From positions 320,001-384,000 of the forward strand of contig JAFATB010000006.1 of the NCBI GenBank assembly GCA_019244185.1: DNA of 64,000 bases, read 5' to 3'. Position numbers and translations under genes: made by a program. Below, piece after piece: positions 49,489 through 59,892 of this stretch; within the stretch, counting starts at the first letter, position 1; each line of letters starts with the position of its first letter. This DNA is from Acidobacteriota bacterium (lineage in GTDB: Bacteria; Acidobacteriota; Thermoanaerobaculia; Gp7-AA8). The notes below the pieces were generated by a model. That model ran no database searches, had not been told where the DNA came from, and saw nothing but the letters and a program-made list of their open reading frames with translations.

Positions 49489-50163
49489 ATGAAAGCGGTG
49501 ATCCTGCTGTCCGGCGGACTCGATTCCGCGACGGTTCTGGCGATGGCGAAGGCGGAAGGTCGCGTCTGTCACGCGCTGTCGATCGTCTACGGCCAGCGCC
49601 ACTCCGTCGAGCTCGAGGCGGCGAAGCGCGTTGCCTCGGCGATCGGCGTCGCCGAGCACGACATCCACGCGCTCGATCTCCGCGCGTTCGGCGCGAGCGC
49701 GCTCACGAGCGACATCGACGTCCCGAAAGACGCCGTCGGCGCGCCCGGCATCCCGATCACCTACGTCCCCGCGCGCAACACGATCTTCCTGGCGCTGGCG
49801 CTGGGATTTGCGGAAGCGCGCGGCGCCGACGAGATCTGGATCGGCGTCAACGCGCTCGACTACTCCGGCTATCCGGACTGCCGTCCGGAGTTCATCGACG
49901 CCTTTCAGGACGTCATCCTCAAAGGCACGCGCAGCGGTGTCGAGCGCGGCACGCCTCGCCTCGTCGCGCCGCTGCTGCATCTCACCAAAGCGGACATCAT
50001 CCGCCGCGGCATCTCCCTCGGCGTCGACTACGCGATGACGCATTCGTGCTACGACCCCGCGTCCGACGGACGCGCGTGCGGCCACTGCGACTCGTGCATC
50101 CTGCGGCGGAAGGGATTCGCGGAAGCGGGCGTTGAAGACCCGACGACGTATGCGGGTCACTGA
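49489..50163 (+). CDS. queC: 7-cyano-7-deazaguanine synthase
   Basis: LSGGLDS, YGQRH, TYVPARN, YPDCR, SCY...CGHCDSC. Confidence 0.97.
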   Translation: MKAVILLSGGLDSATVLAMAKAEGRVCHALSIVYGQRHSVELEAAKRVASAIGVAEHDIHALDLRAFGASALTSDIDVPKDAVGAPGIPITYVPARNTIFLALALGFAEARGADEIWIGVNALDYSGYPDCRPEFIDAFQDVILKGTRSGVERGTPRLVAPLLHLTKADIIRRGISLGVDYAMTHSCYDPASDGRACGHCDSCILRRKGFAEAGVEDPTTYAGH

Positions 50164-50782
50164 GATCTTCCATTCGATTCAGGGCGAGTCGACGCACGCG
50201 GGACGTCCTTGCACGTTCGTGCGCCTCACCGGCTGCAACCTGCGTTGCCGCTGGTGCGACTCCGCGTACACGTTCGCCGGCGGCGAGAAGCTGTCGCTCG
50301 ACGACGTCGTCGCGCGCGTCGAAGCGTACGGCTGCAACCTCGTCGAGATCACCGGCGGCGAGCCGCTCGCGCAGCAGGAAGCGTTCGCGCTGATCGCACG
50401 ACTCTGCGACGCCGGCTACGAAGTGCTCATCGAAACGTCGGGCTCCATCGACACGGCTCCGGTCGACGGGCGCGCAAAGCTGATCCTCGATATCAAGTGT
50501 CCCGGCAGCGGCGAAGCCGCGAAGAACCGCTGGGAGAATCTCGAGCAGTTGCGCGCGCACGACGAGCTGAAGTTCGTGATCGCCGATCGCGCGGATTACG
50601 ATTGGGCGCGGCGCGTGATCGCGGAGCGCGGGCTCGCCTCGCGCACGATTCTCTTCTCGCCCGTCTGGGGAGAGCTCGACATGAAGGCGCTCGCCGAATG
50701 GATGCTGGCCGACCGCGTTCCGGCGCGCCTGCAAACGCAGCTACACAAACACATCTGGGGTGCGGAGGCTCGCGGAGTTTGA
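50150..50782 (+). CDS. queE: 7-carboxy-7-deazaguanine synthase (radical SAM)
   Basis: [38 protein letters not shown]. Confidence 0.96.
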   Translation: MRVTEIFHSIQGESTHAGRPCTFVRLTGCNLRCRWCDSAYTFAGGEKLSLDDVVARVEAYGCNLVEITGGEPLAQQEAFALIARLCDAGYEVLIETSGSIDTAPVDGRAKLILDIKCPGSGEAAKNRWENLEQLRAHDELKFVIADRADYDWARRVIAERGLASRTILFSPVWGELDMKALAEWMLADRVPARLQTQLHKHIWGAEARGV

Positions 50783-51183
50783 ATCCACCAAAACTCGATC
50801 ACATCGGCATCGCCGTCCGCTCGCTCGACGCCGCGCGCGTCTACGAGGCCCTCGGCATGCGCATCGACCACGTCGAAACCGTCGCGTCGCAGGGCGTGAA
50901 GACGGCGTTCCTCTCCGCCGGCGACGCGAACCTCGAATTGCTCGAGCCGACCGGCCCCGATTCCACCGTCGCGAAGTTCATCGAGAAGCGCGGCGAAGGC
51001 ATCCATCACATCTGCCTGCGCGTCGACGACATCGAGGCGCATCTCGCGAAGCTGAAGGCGGAAGGCTTCCGCCTCATCAACGAGGCGCCGGTGCCGGGCG
51101 CGCACGGCTGCCGCGTCGCGTTCCTGCATCCCGCCGCGGGCAACGGCGTGCTCATCGAGCTGTCGGAGAAGCGCGAAGAATGA
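50779..51183 (+). CDS. mce: Methylmalonyl-CoA epimerase (VOC family)
   Basis: LDHIGIAV, QGVKTAF, LELLEP, KRGEGIHHICL, FLHP..GNGVLIEL. Confidence 0.92.
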   Translation: MNPPKLDHIGIAVRSLDAARVYEALGMRIDHVETVASQGVKTAFLSAGDANLELLEPTGPDSTVAKFIEKRGEGIHHICLRVDDIEAHLAKLKAEGFRLINEAPVPGAHGCRVAFLHPAAGNGVLIELSEKREE

Positions 51184-51506
51184 TTGAAGGCTTCGAGCCG
51201 TCGTCGCTCGTCATCGTGAACCTCGTCAATCCGAAGGAGAAATTCTTCGGCGTGCTGCGCTCGCTCTCCGCGGCCGGCATCACGATGCGCGCGATCAATC
51301 TCGATTCGTTCGACGACTGGATCCGGCAGATCTCGCGCGGCGAAGAATCCGACATCGAGATGGTGACGATGTTCGTGCCGCTGTTCCGCGTCGAGCGCAT
51401 CTTCCTCGACGAGCCGATCGGCGCGATCCGTTCGTACGCGCAGCGCTTCGCCGACGTCGTCGGCACGGACGTCGCCGCATACCTCGGATTGCCCGCAAAC
51501 ATCTGA
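51180..51506 (+). CDS. Conserved hypothetical small beta-rich protein
   Basis: ATGA overlap with mce; protein-like composition MIEGFEPSSLVIVNLVNPKEKFFGVL... Confidence 0.75.
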   Translation: MIEGFEPSSLVIVNLVNPKEKFFGVLRSLSAAGITMRAINLDSFDDWIRQISRGEESDIEMVTMFVPLFRVERIFLDEPIGAIRSYAQRFADVVGTDVAAYLGLPANI

Positions 51507-51559
51507 GCGCGTCCCTCCGTATAGAATTCGCCGCGAAAACCGCTGCTCTGGAGGCAACG

Positions 51560-52105
51560 TTGTCGAAAACCACCCGTCTGCTGCTGCTGTCCGCGCTCCT
51601 CGTCGTCGCCGCGATTCTCGCGGGATGCAAAGGCCAGGAGGAGTACGCCGAGCCCGAGGCGTTCAGCTTCGTCGTCTATCCCGGCGCGCGGTACCTGGGG
51701 CAGCTTACCGAGATCACCAAACAAGCGCACCGGACGCTCAATCCGGGGCAGGAACCGCCGCCGATCGCGATCTACGACGCCGACGTGCCGGTCGAGAAGG
51801 TCGCGGAGTTCTACGCGAAAGAGTATGGATACGCGCAGGTCGCGCCGGACGCGACGAACAACCTCAGCGCGGCGAAGCCCGAGGCGTACTACCGCGCGGG
51901 CGATCTCGCCACCGATGCGCGCGCGATCCAACCGCTGATGGAGCGGATGAACGTGCACGCCGACATCAGCAAGGCGACCGGCAGCTACAAAGCGGCCGAG
52001 ATCGCGCCGCGTCCGAACCGTCCGCGCGTCACCGTGCAGCGGCCGTACTTCGACGTCACGAGCTCGCAGGTCGTCGACCGCACGCTCATTCTGATGTCGC
52101 GTTAA
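51560..52105 (+). CDS. Hypothetical lipoprotein
   Basis: Lipobox ILAG-C after a hydrophobic stretch; SD GGAGG. Confidence 0.8.
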   Translation: MSKTTRLLLLSALLVVAAILAGCKGQEEYAEPEAFSFVVYPGARYLGQLTEITKQAHRTLNPGQEPPPIAIYDADVPVEKVAEFYAKEYGYAQVAPDATNNLSAAKPEAYYRAGDLATDARAIQPLMERMNVHADISKATGSYKAAEIAPRPNRPRVTVQRPYFDVTSSQVVDRTLILMSR

Positions 52106-52113
52106 CCACGCCG

Positions 52114-52866
52114 ATGCCGCGCGAGGCGCTGATCGTCGGACTCGGTCTGATCGGCGGCTCCGCCGGCATCGCGTTGCGCGCGCGCGACTGGCGCGTGCGG
52201 TACGTCGATCCGAACGTCGCGCTCGAAGACGCGCTCGCGAAACAAGCCGCGCACGAGCGCGTCGACGCGATCGACGATGCGTCCGACGTCATCGTCTTCG
52301 CGACACCGATCGACGCCGCGGTGCGCGAGCTCGCGACGCTGCGCGCGCGCTGCATCGTGACGTCGACGTGCAGCGCGATGCGCGCGTTGCGCGCGTTGGC
52401 GCGGACGCCGTTCGTCGCCGGACATCCGATGGCCGGCTCGCACGAGCAGGGACTCGCGGCCGCGCACGGTAATCTCTTTCGAGAGAAGCGCTGGTTCGTC
52501 GACGGCGACAATGCGATCGTCGACGAACTGATTCGCGACTGCGGCGCGACGCGCGACAAGGTCGACGCGGAGACCCACGACGCGGCCGTCGCGCTGACCA
52601 GCCATCTGCCGCAGGTGCTCTCGACGGCGCTCGCCGCGTATCTGCAAGGACAGTCGATCGATCCACGTTTCGTCGGCAGCGGGCTGCGCGACTTTCTGCG
52701 GCTCGCCGGAAGTCCCGCGTCGATGTGGGCGCCGCTGCTCGCGGCAAACGGCGACAACATCGCGCCGCACGCGGAAGGCGTCGCGCGCATCGTGCGGTCG
52801 ATGCTCGAGAGCGGCGACGCCATGCGCACGTTCGAGGACGCGCGGGCGTTCTGGCGGACGCTGTGA
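52114..52866 (+). CDS. tyrA: Prephenate/arogenate dehydrogenase
   Basis: IVGLGLIGGS, FVAGHPMAGS, HDAAVALTSHLPQ, GLRDFLRLAGS...MW. Confidence 0.85.
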   Translation: MPREALIVGLGLIGGSAGIALRARDWRVRYVDPNVALEDALAKQAAHERVDAIDDASDVIVFATPIDAAVRELATLRARCIVTSTCSAMRALRALARTPFVAGHPMAGSHEQGLAAAHGNLFREKRWFVDGDNAIVDELIRDCGATRDKVDAETHDAAVALTSHLPQVLSTALAAYLQGQSIDPRFVGSGLRDFLRLAGSPASMWAPLLAANGDNIAPHAEGVARIVRSMLESGDAMRTFEDARAFWRTL

Positions 52867-55295
52867 ACGTCACCTGGCTTTACGTCGCGTGCGTCTACGC
52901 GGCGGCGGTGGCGCTCATGCGCCGCGCGCGGGTCGCGTTTCCGTGGTGGACGGCGGGGCTCTTCTACGCGCTCGTGCTCGCGTATTTCTGGAAGTCGATG
53001 ACCGGCCCGTACGTGAACGTCGCCGCCGACATCCTGCAGTTCATCCCGCCGTGGTCGGCATCCGCGCCGTCGACGCTGACGAAAGTCACGGCGTCGAACT
53101 ACGAGCTGCAGGACGTGCTCTTCCAGATCGCGCCGTGGTTCGCGCAGGTGCGCGCGTCGTGGCTCGCGGGCCACGTGCCGCTCTGGAACGACCTCACCGG
53201 CTGCGGCTATCCGCTCGCGGCGAACATGCAATCCGAGGCGTTCGCGCCGCTGCGGATCCTCGCGCTGCCGCTCGCGCTGGGACATGCGATCGCGGCGGAA
53301 GCGGCCATGAAAGTGCTCGTCGCGCTGACGGGCGCGTTTCTGTTCTGCAGGCGCAAATGGGACGTGGTGCCGAGTCTCGCGGGCGCGATCGCGTTCGGCT
53401 TCGGCACCGCGGTCATCACGTGGGTGCACTTTTCTGCATCTTCCGTGTGCATTTTGCTGCCGCTCGTGCTGCTGCAGCTCGATCTGCTGGCGGAATCGTG
53501 CACCTTCGGACGCTTCGCGTTCGCCACGGCGCTGGGACCTGCGGCATTCTTCGGTGGACATCCGGAGACGGCGGCGCATCTGGTCTTCTTCGGCGCGCTG
53601 TACGCGCTCTGGCTGCGGCGCGACTGGCGCTGGCTGCGGACGCTGGCTTGTCTCGCTGTCGTCGCGATGCTGCTCGCCGCGCCGCTGCTCGCGCCGTTCC
53701 TCGAGTCGATGCACAAGACCGCGCGCTACCAGCAGCTGGAAGTGCGCGCGCACGGCGGCGCGACCGCGTACTCCGATCTGCCGACGATCACGCCGATGAT
53801 CCAGCCGCGCTTCTTCGGCACGCGTCCCGAGCCGCTGCGCGGCCCCGCGATCAGCGAGACCGTCGACGGCTTCGCCGGCCTCCTCGGCATCGGCGCGTGG
53901 TTCGGACTCGTCGCACGGATGCTGCTGCGGCGGCGGTTTCGGGATACCGAGGCGTTTCTCGTGTTCGGGATGCTCTTCGTGATGCTCGTGCTCGCGGACG
54001 TCGATCCGGTGGCCGCGCCGTTTCGCGCGTTGTTCGCGCTCGCATTGAACTTCCGCATGCGGCTCGTCTGCGCGTTTCTCGCGGCGGCGGCCACGGCCGC
54101 GCTCCTCGACAGCGTGAAACGCGAGTCGCTCGTGCCGTTGTGGATCGCGGTCGCAGGCGCAATCGGCGTGCTCGCGTTCATCACGCTGCGCAACGATCCG
54201 CAGCTGCGTGCGCTCGCGTTGCCGGTGATGATTCCGAGCGCGGCGACGCTGCTCGCGGCGCTGCTCTTCGCGCGACGCGCGCCGGCCATCGTCGTGGCGG
54301 TGCTGTTCGTCGAATTGTGGGCCAATGCCCACTACTGGAATCCCGCGCGTCCGCTGGGCGAGTTCTATCCGCGTACGCCGCTCATCGACGCACTGCTGCA
54401 GTTGCGCGGTACTTCGCACGACCGCATCGCCGGCATCGGCGCCGCACTCTTTCCGAACACGAACGCCGTCTTCGGCCTCGCGGACGTCCGCGTGCACGAT
54501 CCGATGAGCAACGGCCGCTACCTCGGGCTGCTCGCGAACACGACCAGCTACAACGCGCGCGACTACTACGCGAAATGGCAGGACGCGGAGACGCCGCTGC
54601 TCGACTATCTCAACGTGCGCTGGCTCGTGACGGAACCGGGCGTCGCGCTCGCGGACCGGCGGCTGCTGTACGACGGCGCGGATGGCCGCATTTACGAGAA
54701 CCTCCGTGCGCTGCCGCGCTTCTTCGCGCCGCGGAACGTGCTCCTCGTCGGCGATCTCGAGGAGCGGTTGCAGTCGCACAACGATTGGGCGAATACGGCG
54801 CTCGTGCGCATTCTCCCGAATGACGCAACGATCGGCCGCGATCTCCTCTCGCCGCGTCCCGCAAACGCGCCGGAAGCACGCGTCGATGTGAGGCAGACGC
54901 GCGACGACGCGTACGAGTTGCACGTCGACGCGCCGCGTTACACGCTGATCGTCAGCAGCGTCTCGTTCTGGCCCGGCTGGCGCGTGACGCACAACGGCCA
55001 CGCACTGCGCGCGCTGCAGGTGAACGGCGTCTTCCTCGGATTCGTGATCCCGCCCGGACGCGGTGTCGTGAAGGTGGCGTATGTGCCGTGGAGTTTTTGG
55101 GGAGGGGTGGTGGCGGCGGGATTGACGGTGATCGCACTTATGATCTGCCGCGCGTGTTCAACCCGACCTGGCTCTACACCGGCGCCGTCTACGCGCTCTT
55201 CGTGTTTCTCGCGCGGCGCCGCGGGGTCGAGATCCCCGTCCGTATCGCGGCCTATTTTTACGCGCTCGTCTTCGTCTTCCTCTACCTCCCGCTGA
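52863..55295 (+). CDS. YfhO-family (GT-C fold) membrane glycosyltransferase, paralogue 1
   Basis: GTG 52863 (VNVTWLY); GHVPLWN..GCGYPLAAN, FGGHPET, DVRVHDPM, ALPRFF, WPGWRV..NG. Confidence 0.85.
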   Translation: MNVTWLYVACVYAAAVALMRRARVAFPWWTAGLFYALVLAYFWKSMTGPYVNVAADILQFIPPWSASAPSTLTKVTASNYELQDVLFQIAPWFAQVRASWLAGHVPLWNDLTGCGYPLAANMQSEAFAPLRILALPLALGHAIAAEAAMKVLVALTGAFLFCRRKWDVVPSLAGAIAFGFGTAVITWVHFSASSVCILLPLVLLQLDLLAESCTFGRFAFATALGPAAFFGGHPETAAHLVFFGALYALWLRRDWRWLRTLACLAVVAMLLAAPLLAPFLESMHKTARYQQLEVRAHGGATAYSDLPTITPMIQPRFFGTRPEPLRGPAISETVDGFAGLLGIGAWFGLVARMLLRRRFRDTEAFLVFGMLFVMLVLADVDPVAAPFRALFALALNFRMRLVCAFLAAAATAALLDSVKRESLVPLWIAVAGAIGVLAFITLRNDPQLRALALPVMIPSAATLLAALLFARRAPAIVVAVLFVELWANAHYWNPARPLGEFYPRTPLIDALLQLRGTSHDRIAGIGAALFPNTNAVFGLADVRVHDPMSNGRYLGLLANTTSYNARDYYAKWQDAETPLLDYLNVRWLVTEPGVALADRRLLYDGADGRIYENLRALPRFFAPRNVLLVGDLEERLQSHNDWANTALVRILPNDATIGRDLLSPRPANAPEARVDVRQTRDDAYELHVDAPRYTLIVSSVSFWPGWRVTHNGHALRALQVNGVFLGFVIPPGRGVVKVAYVPWSFWGGVVAAGLTVIALMICRACSTRPGSTPAPSTRSSCFSRGAAGSRSPSVSRPIFTRSSSSSSTSR

Positions 55296-57514
55296 CGCAG
55301 GACTACGTCAACATCCCCATCGACTTCATCAAGTCGCTGCCGCCGTGGTCGTATCTCACGCGCGACCACAGCTCGCTCAATCCGCAGATGAACGACATCG
55401 TCCTGCAGATCGTGCCGTGGGCGCATCAGGTGCGCGAGGCGTGGCGCTCGCTGCATCCGCCGCTGTGGAACGACATGGCCGCGTGCGGCTATCCATTGCT
55501 GGGCAGCGGACAAAGCTCCGCGCTCTCACCGCTGCGATTGCTCGGACTCCCGCTCTCGCTCGCGCACGCGATCACGTTCGAAGCCGCGGCGAAGATCCTC
55601 GTCGCGCTGACGTTCACCTTTCTCTGGTGCCGCAAGCGCGGCTACTCGGAGCTCGCCAGCGCCGCGGGCGCGACGGCGTTCGGCTTCTCCGCGTTCATCA
55701 TCGTCTGGCTGCACTTCCCGCTCATCACCACCGCGTGCTTCGTGCCGGCGGTGTTCTATCTGATCGATCTCCTCGTCGAGCGTCCGACGCGCGCGCGCTT
55801 TTCCGCGGCGGCGGTCGTGTGGGCGGTGATGCTCTTCGGCGGACATCCGGAGACCGCGTCGCACACCTTCTTCGTGGCGCTGCTGTACGTCCTCTGGATC
55901 GTCTTCGTCGAGCGCGCCGCGACGTGGCGCCTCTTCCTCGTCCTCGGCGGCGCGCTGGCCGTGGCAGCATTGCTCGCCGCGCCGTTCCTCGCACCGTTCG
56001 CGGAGGCGCTCACGAAATCGAAGCGCTATCAGGAGCTGAAGGCGCATCCGATCGGCTACGAGGTGCCGTACTCCGACTGGCCGTCCGCGATCGTGCTCCT
56101 GCAGCCGCACTTTTTCGGCGAAGTGCCGCGCGAACATCCGTGGGGTCCCGAGCACGCCGAGTCGATCACCGCCTTCGCCGGCTACCTCGGCGTCGCGGCG
56201 TGGTTCGCGCTGCTGACGCACGTCATCCGCACGCGGCGCTTCCGTTCGCGCGAAGCCTTCTTCGTCGTGGCGACGTTGATCGTTCTCGGCGTCATCCTCT
56301 CCTGGCCCGGCATCAGCCAGCTCTTCCACTTCGTCTTCCATCTCGCCGCGAACGCGCGCCTGCGTCTCTTCCTCGCGCTGCTGCTCGCGGTGCAGACCGC
56401 CGCCGCCATCGATCTCGCGGAACGCGACCGCGTCTCACTGCTCGCCGGCATCCTCTGCGCGAGCGCGCTGCTGCTGGATCTATTGATATCCACGCAATTT
56501 CCGCATGTGGCGCTGCGCGACAGCGCGATTCTGGCCATGCTGCCGAGCGTTCTCGTGCTGGCGCTGGCGACGCTCGTGGCGATGTCGAAGAACCGCACGC
56601 GCGACGTCGCGCTGCTGTTGCTCGTCGCTGCCATGCTCGCGGAGCTGTGGAAAGTCGGCCGCGACTGGAACCCCGTCGTCGCGGAGAAATGGATGTATCC
56701 GCGGACGCCGATCCTGCAAAAGCTCGACGCGCTGATGAAGAGCGATCCCTCGCCGTACCGCATGGTCGCGAACGGCCCCGCGTTCTTCCCGAACCTCGCC
56801 GCGGTCTACGGTTTCGAAGACGTCCGCGCGCACGACCCGATGGTCAACGGCCGCTACATCGGCCTGCTGCGCACCATCCTCCATTACGACTCCGAGAACT
56901 ACTTCGCGCCGTGGCCGGAGTACGAGAAGCGCTTCATCGACTACCTCAACGTCCGCTACGTGCTCACCACGTGGCGCGCCACGCTCCCCGAGCGCTACCA
57001 CATGCTCTACGACGATCGCGACGGCCGCATCTTCGAGAACGTCGACGCGCTGCCGCGCTTCTTTCCCGTGCGCAACGTGCTGATGGAGTTCCGCGACGAC
57101 TACTTCTACGACAAGCTGCGGACGATGGAGGACTGGGCGGTGACGGCGGTGCTCGACAAGCTCGACGTCGAGAACGAGCAGATGCGCCACGACTTCTTCA
57201 CGCCGAGGGCGGCGGATGCGCCGATGGCGACGGCGCGCGTGGTGAAGGAGAGCGCGACCGAATACAAAATCCACGTCAACGCGCCGCGATACACGCTCAT
57301 CGTCAGCAGCGTCCCGTGGTGGCCGGGGTGGAAGATCGAGCGCAACGGCGCACGCGCGGAGCCGGTGCGCGTCAACGGCGCGTTCCTCGGATTCGTCGCG
57401 CCGCCGGGCGAGCTCGACGTGCGCGTCTGGTATGACCCCTGGACCTTCCGCGCCGGCTGGCTCATCGCGCTCGCGACCGTCGCCGCGCTGATTCTCGTTC
57501 CGCGACGCGCATGA
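55154..57514 (+). CDS. YfhO-family (GT-C fold) membrane glycosyltransferase, paralogue 2
   Basis: GTG 55154 (VFNPTWLY) aligns with the paralogue starts; same motif set. Confidence 0.87.
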   Translation: MFNPTWLYTGAVYALFVFLARRRGVEIPVRIAAYFYALVFVFLYLPLTQDYVNIPIDFIKSLPPWSYLTRDHSSLNPQMNDIVLQIVPWAHQVREAWRSLHPPLWNDMAACGYPLLGSGQSSALSPLRLLGLPLSLAHAITFEAAAKILVALTFTFLWCRKRGYSELASAAGATAFGFSAFIIVWLHFPLITTACFVPAVFYLIDLLVERPTRARFSAAAVVWAVMLFGGHPETASHTFFVALLYVLWIVFVERAATWRLFLVLGGALAVAALLAAPFLAPFAEALTKSKRYQELKAHPIGYEVPYSDWPSAIVLLQPHFFGEVPREHPWGPEHAESITAFAGYLGVAAWFALLTHVIRTRRFRSREAFFVVATLIVLGVILSWPGISQLFHFVFHLAANARLRLFLALLLAVQTAAAIDLAERDRVSLLAGILCASALLLDLLISTQFPHVALRDSAILAMLPSVLVLALATLVAMSKNRTRDVALLLLVAAMLAELWKVGRDWNPVVAEKWMYPRTPILQKLDALMKSDPSPYRMVANGPAFFPNLAAVYGFEDVRAHDPMVNGRYIGLLRTILHYDSENYFAPWPEYEKRFIDYLNVRYVLTTWRATLPERYHMLYDDRDGRIFENVDALPRFFPVRNVLMEFRDDYFYDKLRTMEDWAVTAVLDKLDVENEQMRHDFFTPRAADAPMATARVVKESATEYKIHVNAPRYTLIVSSVPWWPGWKIERNGARAEPVRVNGAFLGFVAPPGELDVRVWYDPWTFRAGWLIALATVAALILVPRRA

Positions 57515-59892
57515 ATCTCACCTGGCTTTACGTCGGCATCGTCTACGCGCTCGCGGTCGCGGGCGCGCGGCGGCTCGGCGCGGACCTGCCGAAGCGCGTC
57601 GCGTTCGCGTTCTACGCGCTCGTGGTCGTGCTCTTCTGGCTGCCGCTGACGCAGGACTACGTGACGACGCACGACGACGTGCTGAAGGTGCTCCCGCCGT
57701 GGGCGATGATGACCCGCGACTACCACGTCATCAACGGCGAGATGAACGACGTCCCGCTGCAGATGGTGCCGTGGGCGCACGCGGTGCGCGAGGCGTGGCG
57801 CGCCGGACACGTGCCGCTCTGGAACGCCACCGCCGGCAGCGGCTATCCGCTCCTCGCGAACGGCCAGAGCGGCGCGCTCTCGCCCTTCCGCCTCCTTGCG
57901 CTCCCGCTCTCCCTCGGCCACGCGATGACCGCGGAAGGCGCGCTGAAAGTGCTCCTCGCGCTGACGTACGCGTTCCTGCTCGCGCGGCGGCGATATTCGC
58001 GGATCGCCAGCGCGATCGCCGCGGCGACGTTCGGCTTCTGCGGCTGGCTCGCGGTGTGGCTGCACTTCCCGCACTCGTCGACCGGCTGCTGGCTGCCGGC
58101 GCTGCTCTTCCACGCGGAGCTGCTGATCGAACGCCGCACGCCGCTGCGCTTCGCCGGTGCGAGCCTCGTGTGGGCACTCGCGCTGTTCGGCGGACATCCG
58201 GAGACCGCCGCCCACGCCGGCTTCATCGCGCTGCTGTATGTCGCGTGGCTGCTCTTCGTCGAACGCGTCGCGAGCTGGCGCGTGCTGCTGCCGCTCGGCG
58301 GCGCGCTCTGCGTGGCGGCGCTCCTCGCCGCGCCGCTGCTGCTGCCGATGGCCGAGGCGATTCCGCGGTCGCAGAGATATCACCTGTTGAAAGAGCGGCC
58401 GTGGAAGCACGAGCTGCCGTTCGCGGACCTGCAGTCGGCGATCGTGATGGTCGCGCCGCGCTTCTTCGGCGACGTGCCGTACGAGCGGCCGTGGGGCCCC
58501 GCGGCGGCAGAACCGGTGAGCGGCGCCGCGGGCGTCTTCCGCTTCGCCGCGTTCGTCGCGGTGCTGATCGCGGTCATTCGCAAACGCGCGTGGCGCTCGC
58601 GCGAGGCGTTCTATCTCGTCGTGTCGGTGTTCCTCTTCGGCATCCTGATGTCGTGGCCCGGACTGCGGCAGCTGATCCACGCGATCTTTCCGATTGCGGC
58701 GAACGCGCGCCTCCGTTTGCCGCTCGCGCTCTTCCTCGCGCTGCTCTCGGGCGCCGCGATCGACGAGGCGCGAGAAACGCGCGTGCCGCTCCTCGCCGGC
58801 ATCGCCACGGTCGGCGCGCTGCTCCTCGCGCTGCTGCGCCTCACGCAGTTCCCGAGCGACTTCGCGCGCGACAGCGCGCAACTCGCGCTGCTGCCGAGCG
58901 TCCTCGTGCTCGCCGTCGCCACAGTCGCCGCGATCACCCGCAACGACGCGCGCCGCACGCTCGCCACCTCCGCGCTTCTCGCCGCGATCGCCTTCGAGCT
59001 CTTCCCTATCGCCGGCTCGTGGAACCCGCCGCAGCCGGCGCGCACGATGCGGCCTGTCACGCCGATCCTCGCGAAGCTGCGTGCGCTCGCGCCGCGCGAA
59101 CCGTTCCGCATCTGCGGCATCGAAGGCACGTTTTTCCCGAACCTGCCCGCGCTCTACGGCTTCGAGGACGTGCGCGCGCACGACCCGATGGCGAACTACC
59201 GCTATCTCGATTTCCTGAAGCTCACCACCGGCTACGACTACACCGCGTACCACGCGCAGTGGATCGAGTTCGACACGCGCGTCTTCGATTACCTCGGCGT
59301 GCGCTTCGTGCTCCAGCCGCGCGACTATCCCGATCCCGCGCGCATGCTCCTCCGCCACGACGGCCGCGACGGAAAGCTCTTCGAGAACCCGAACGCGCTG
59401 CCGCGCTTCTTCGCCGTGCGCAACGTCATCCTCACCTTCGATCGCAACGCCTTCCGCGCGCAGCTCGCCGGCCTGGCCGGCTGGAACGAGACGGCATTGC
59501 TCGATGAGCTGAAGCTCGAGAACGCGCAGATGGGCCGCGACTTCTTCACGCCGCGGCCCGCGAACGCGCCGCTTGCGACGACGCGCCTGCAACGCACGAG
59601 CGACGCCGAGTACGCGCTGCACGTCGACGCGCCGCGCTACACGCTCGTCGCCAGCAGCATTCCGTGGTGGCCTGGCTGGAAGGTGACGCGCGACGGCAAA
59701 CGCGTCGCGCCGATCCGCGTGAACGGCGCGTTCGTCGGCTTTGCGGTGCCATCCGGCGCGCACGACGTCCGAGTGGTCTACGCGCCCGACTCGTTCCGCC
59801 TCGGCGTGTTGCTCGCCGCGCTCGCGCTCAGCGGAATCGCTTATTCAATCGCTCGCGGGCGATCGTATCGACGCGCGCCAGCAGCGGCGTGA
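57511..59892 (+). CDS. YfhO-family (GT-C fold) membrane glycosyltransferase, paralogue 3
   Basis: MNLTWLY; [48 protein letters not shown]. Confidence 0.87.
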   Translation: MNLTWLYVGIVYALAVAGARRLGADLPKRVAFAFYALVVVLFWLPLTQDYVTTHDDVLKVLPPWAMMTRDYHVINGEMNDVPLQMVPWAHAVREAWRAGHVPLWNATAGSGYPLLANGQSGALSPFRLLALPLSLGHAMTAEGALKVLLALTYAFLLARRRYSRIASAIAAATFGFCGWLAVWLHFPHSSTGCWLPALLFHAELLIERRTPLRFAGASLVWALALFGGHPETAAHAGFIALLYVAWLLFVERVASWRVLLPLGGALCVAALLAAPLLLPMAEAIPRSQRYHLLKERPWKHELPFADLQSAIVMVAPRFFGDVPYERPWGPAAAEPVSGAAGVFRFAAFVAVLIAVIRKRAWRSREAFYLVVSVFLFGILMSWPGLRQLIHAIFPIAANARLRLPLALFLALLSGAAIDEARETRVPLLAGIATVGALLLALLRLTQFPSDFARDSAQLALLPSVLVLAVATVAAITRNDARRTLATSALLAAIAFELFPIAGSWNPPQPARTMRPVTPILAKLRALAPREPFRICGIEGTFFPNLPALYGFEDVRAHDPMANYRYLDFLKLTTGYDYTAYHAQWIEFDTRVFDYLGVRFVLQPRDYPDPARMLLRHDGRDGKLFENPNALPRFFAVRNVILTFDRNAFRAQLAGLAGWNETALLDELKLENAQMGRDFFTPRPANAPLATTRLQRTSDAEYALHVDAPRYTLVASSIPWWPGWKVTRDGKRVAPIRVNGAFVGFAVPSGAHDVRVVYAPDSFRLGVLLAALALSGIAYSIARGRSYRRAPAAA

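Noticed and set aside
49489-50782. queC/queE as a 7-deazaguanine DNA-modification or QueC-type defence system
   Set aside because: Both are canonical short enzymes in a metabolic operon; no dpdA/tgt-like, TatD or ATPase partner is present.
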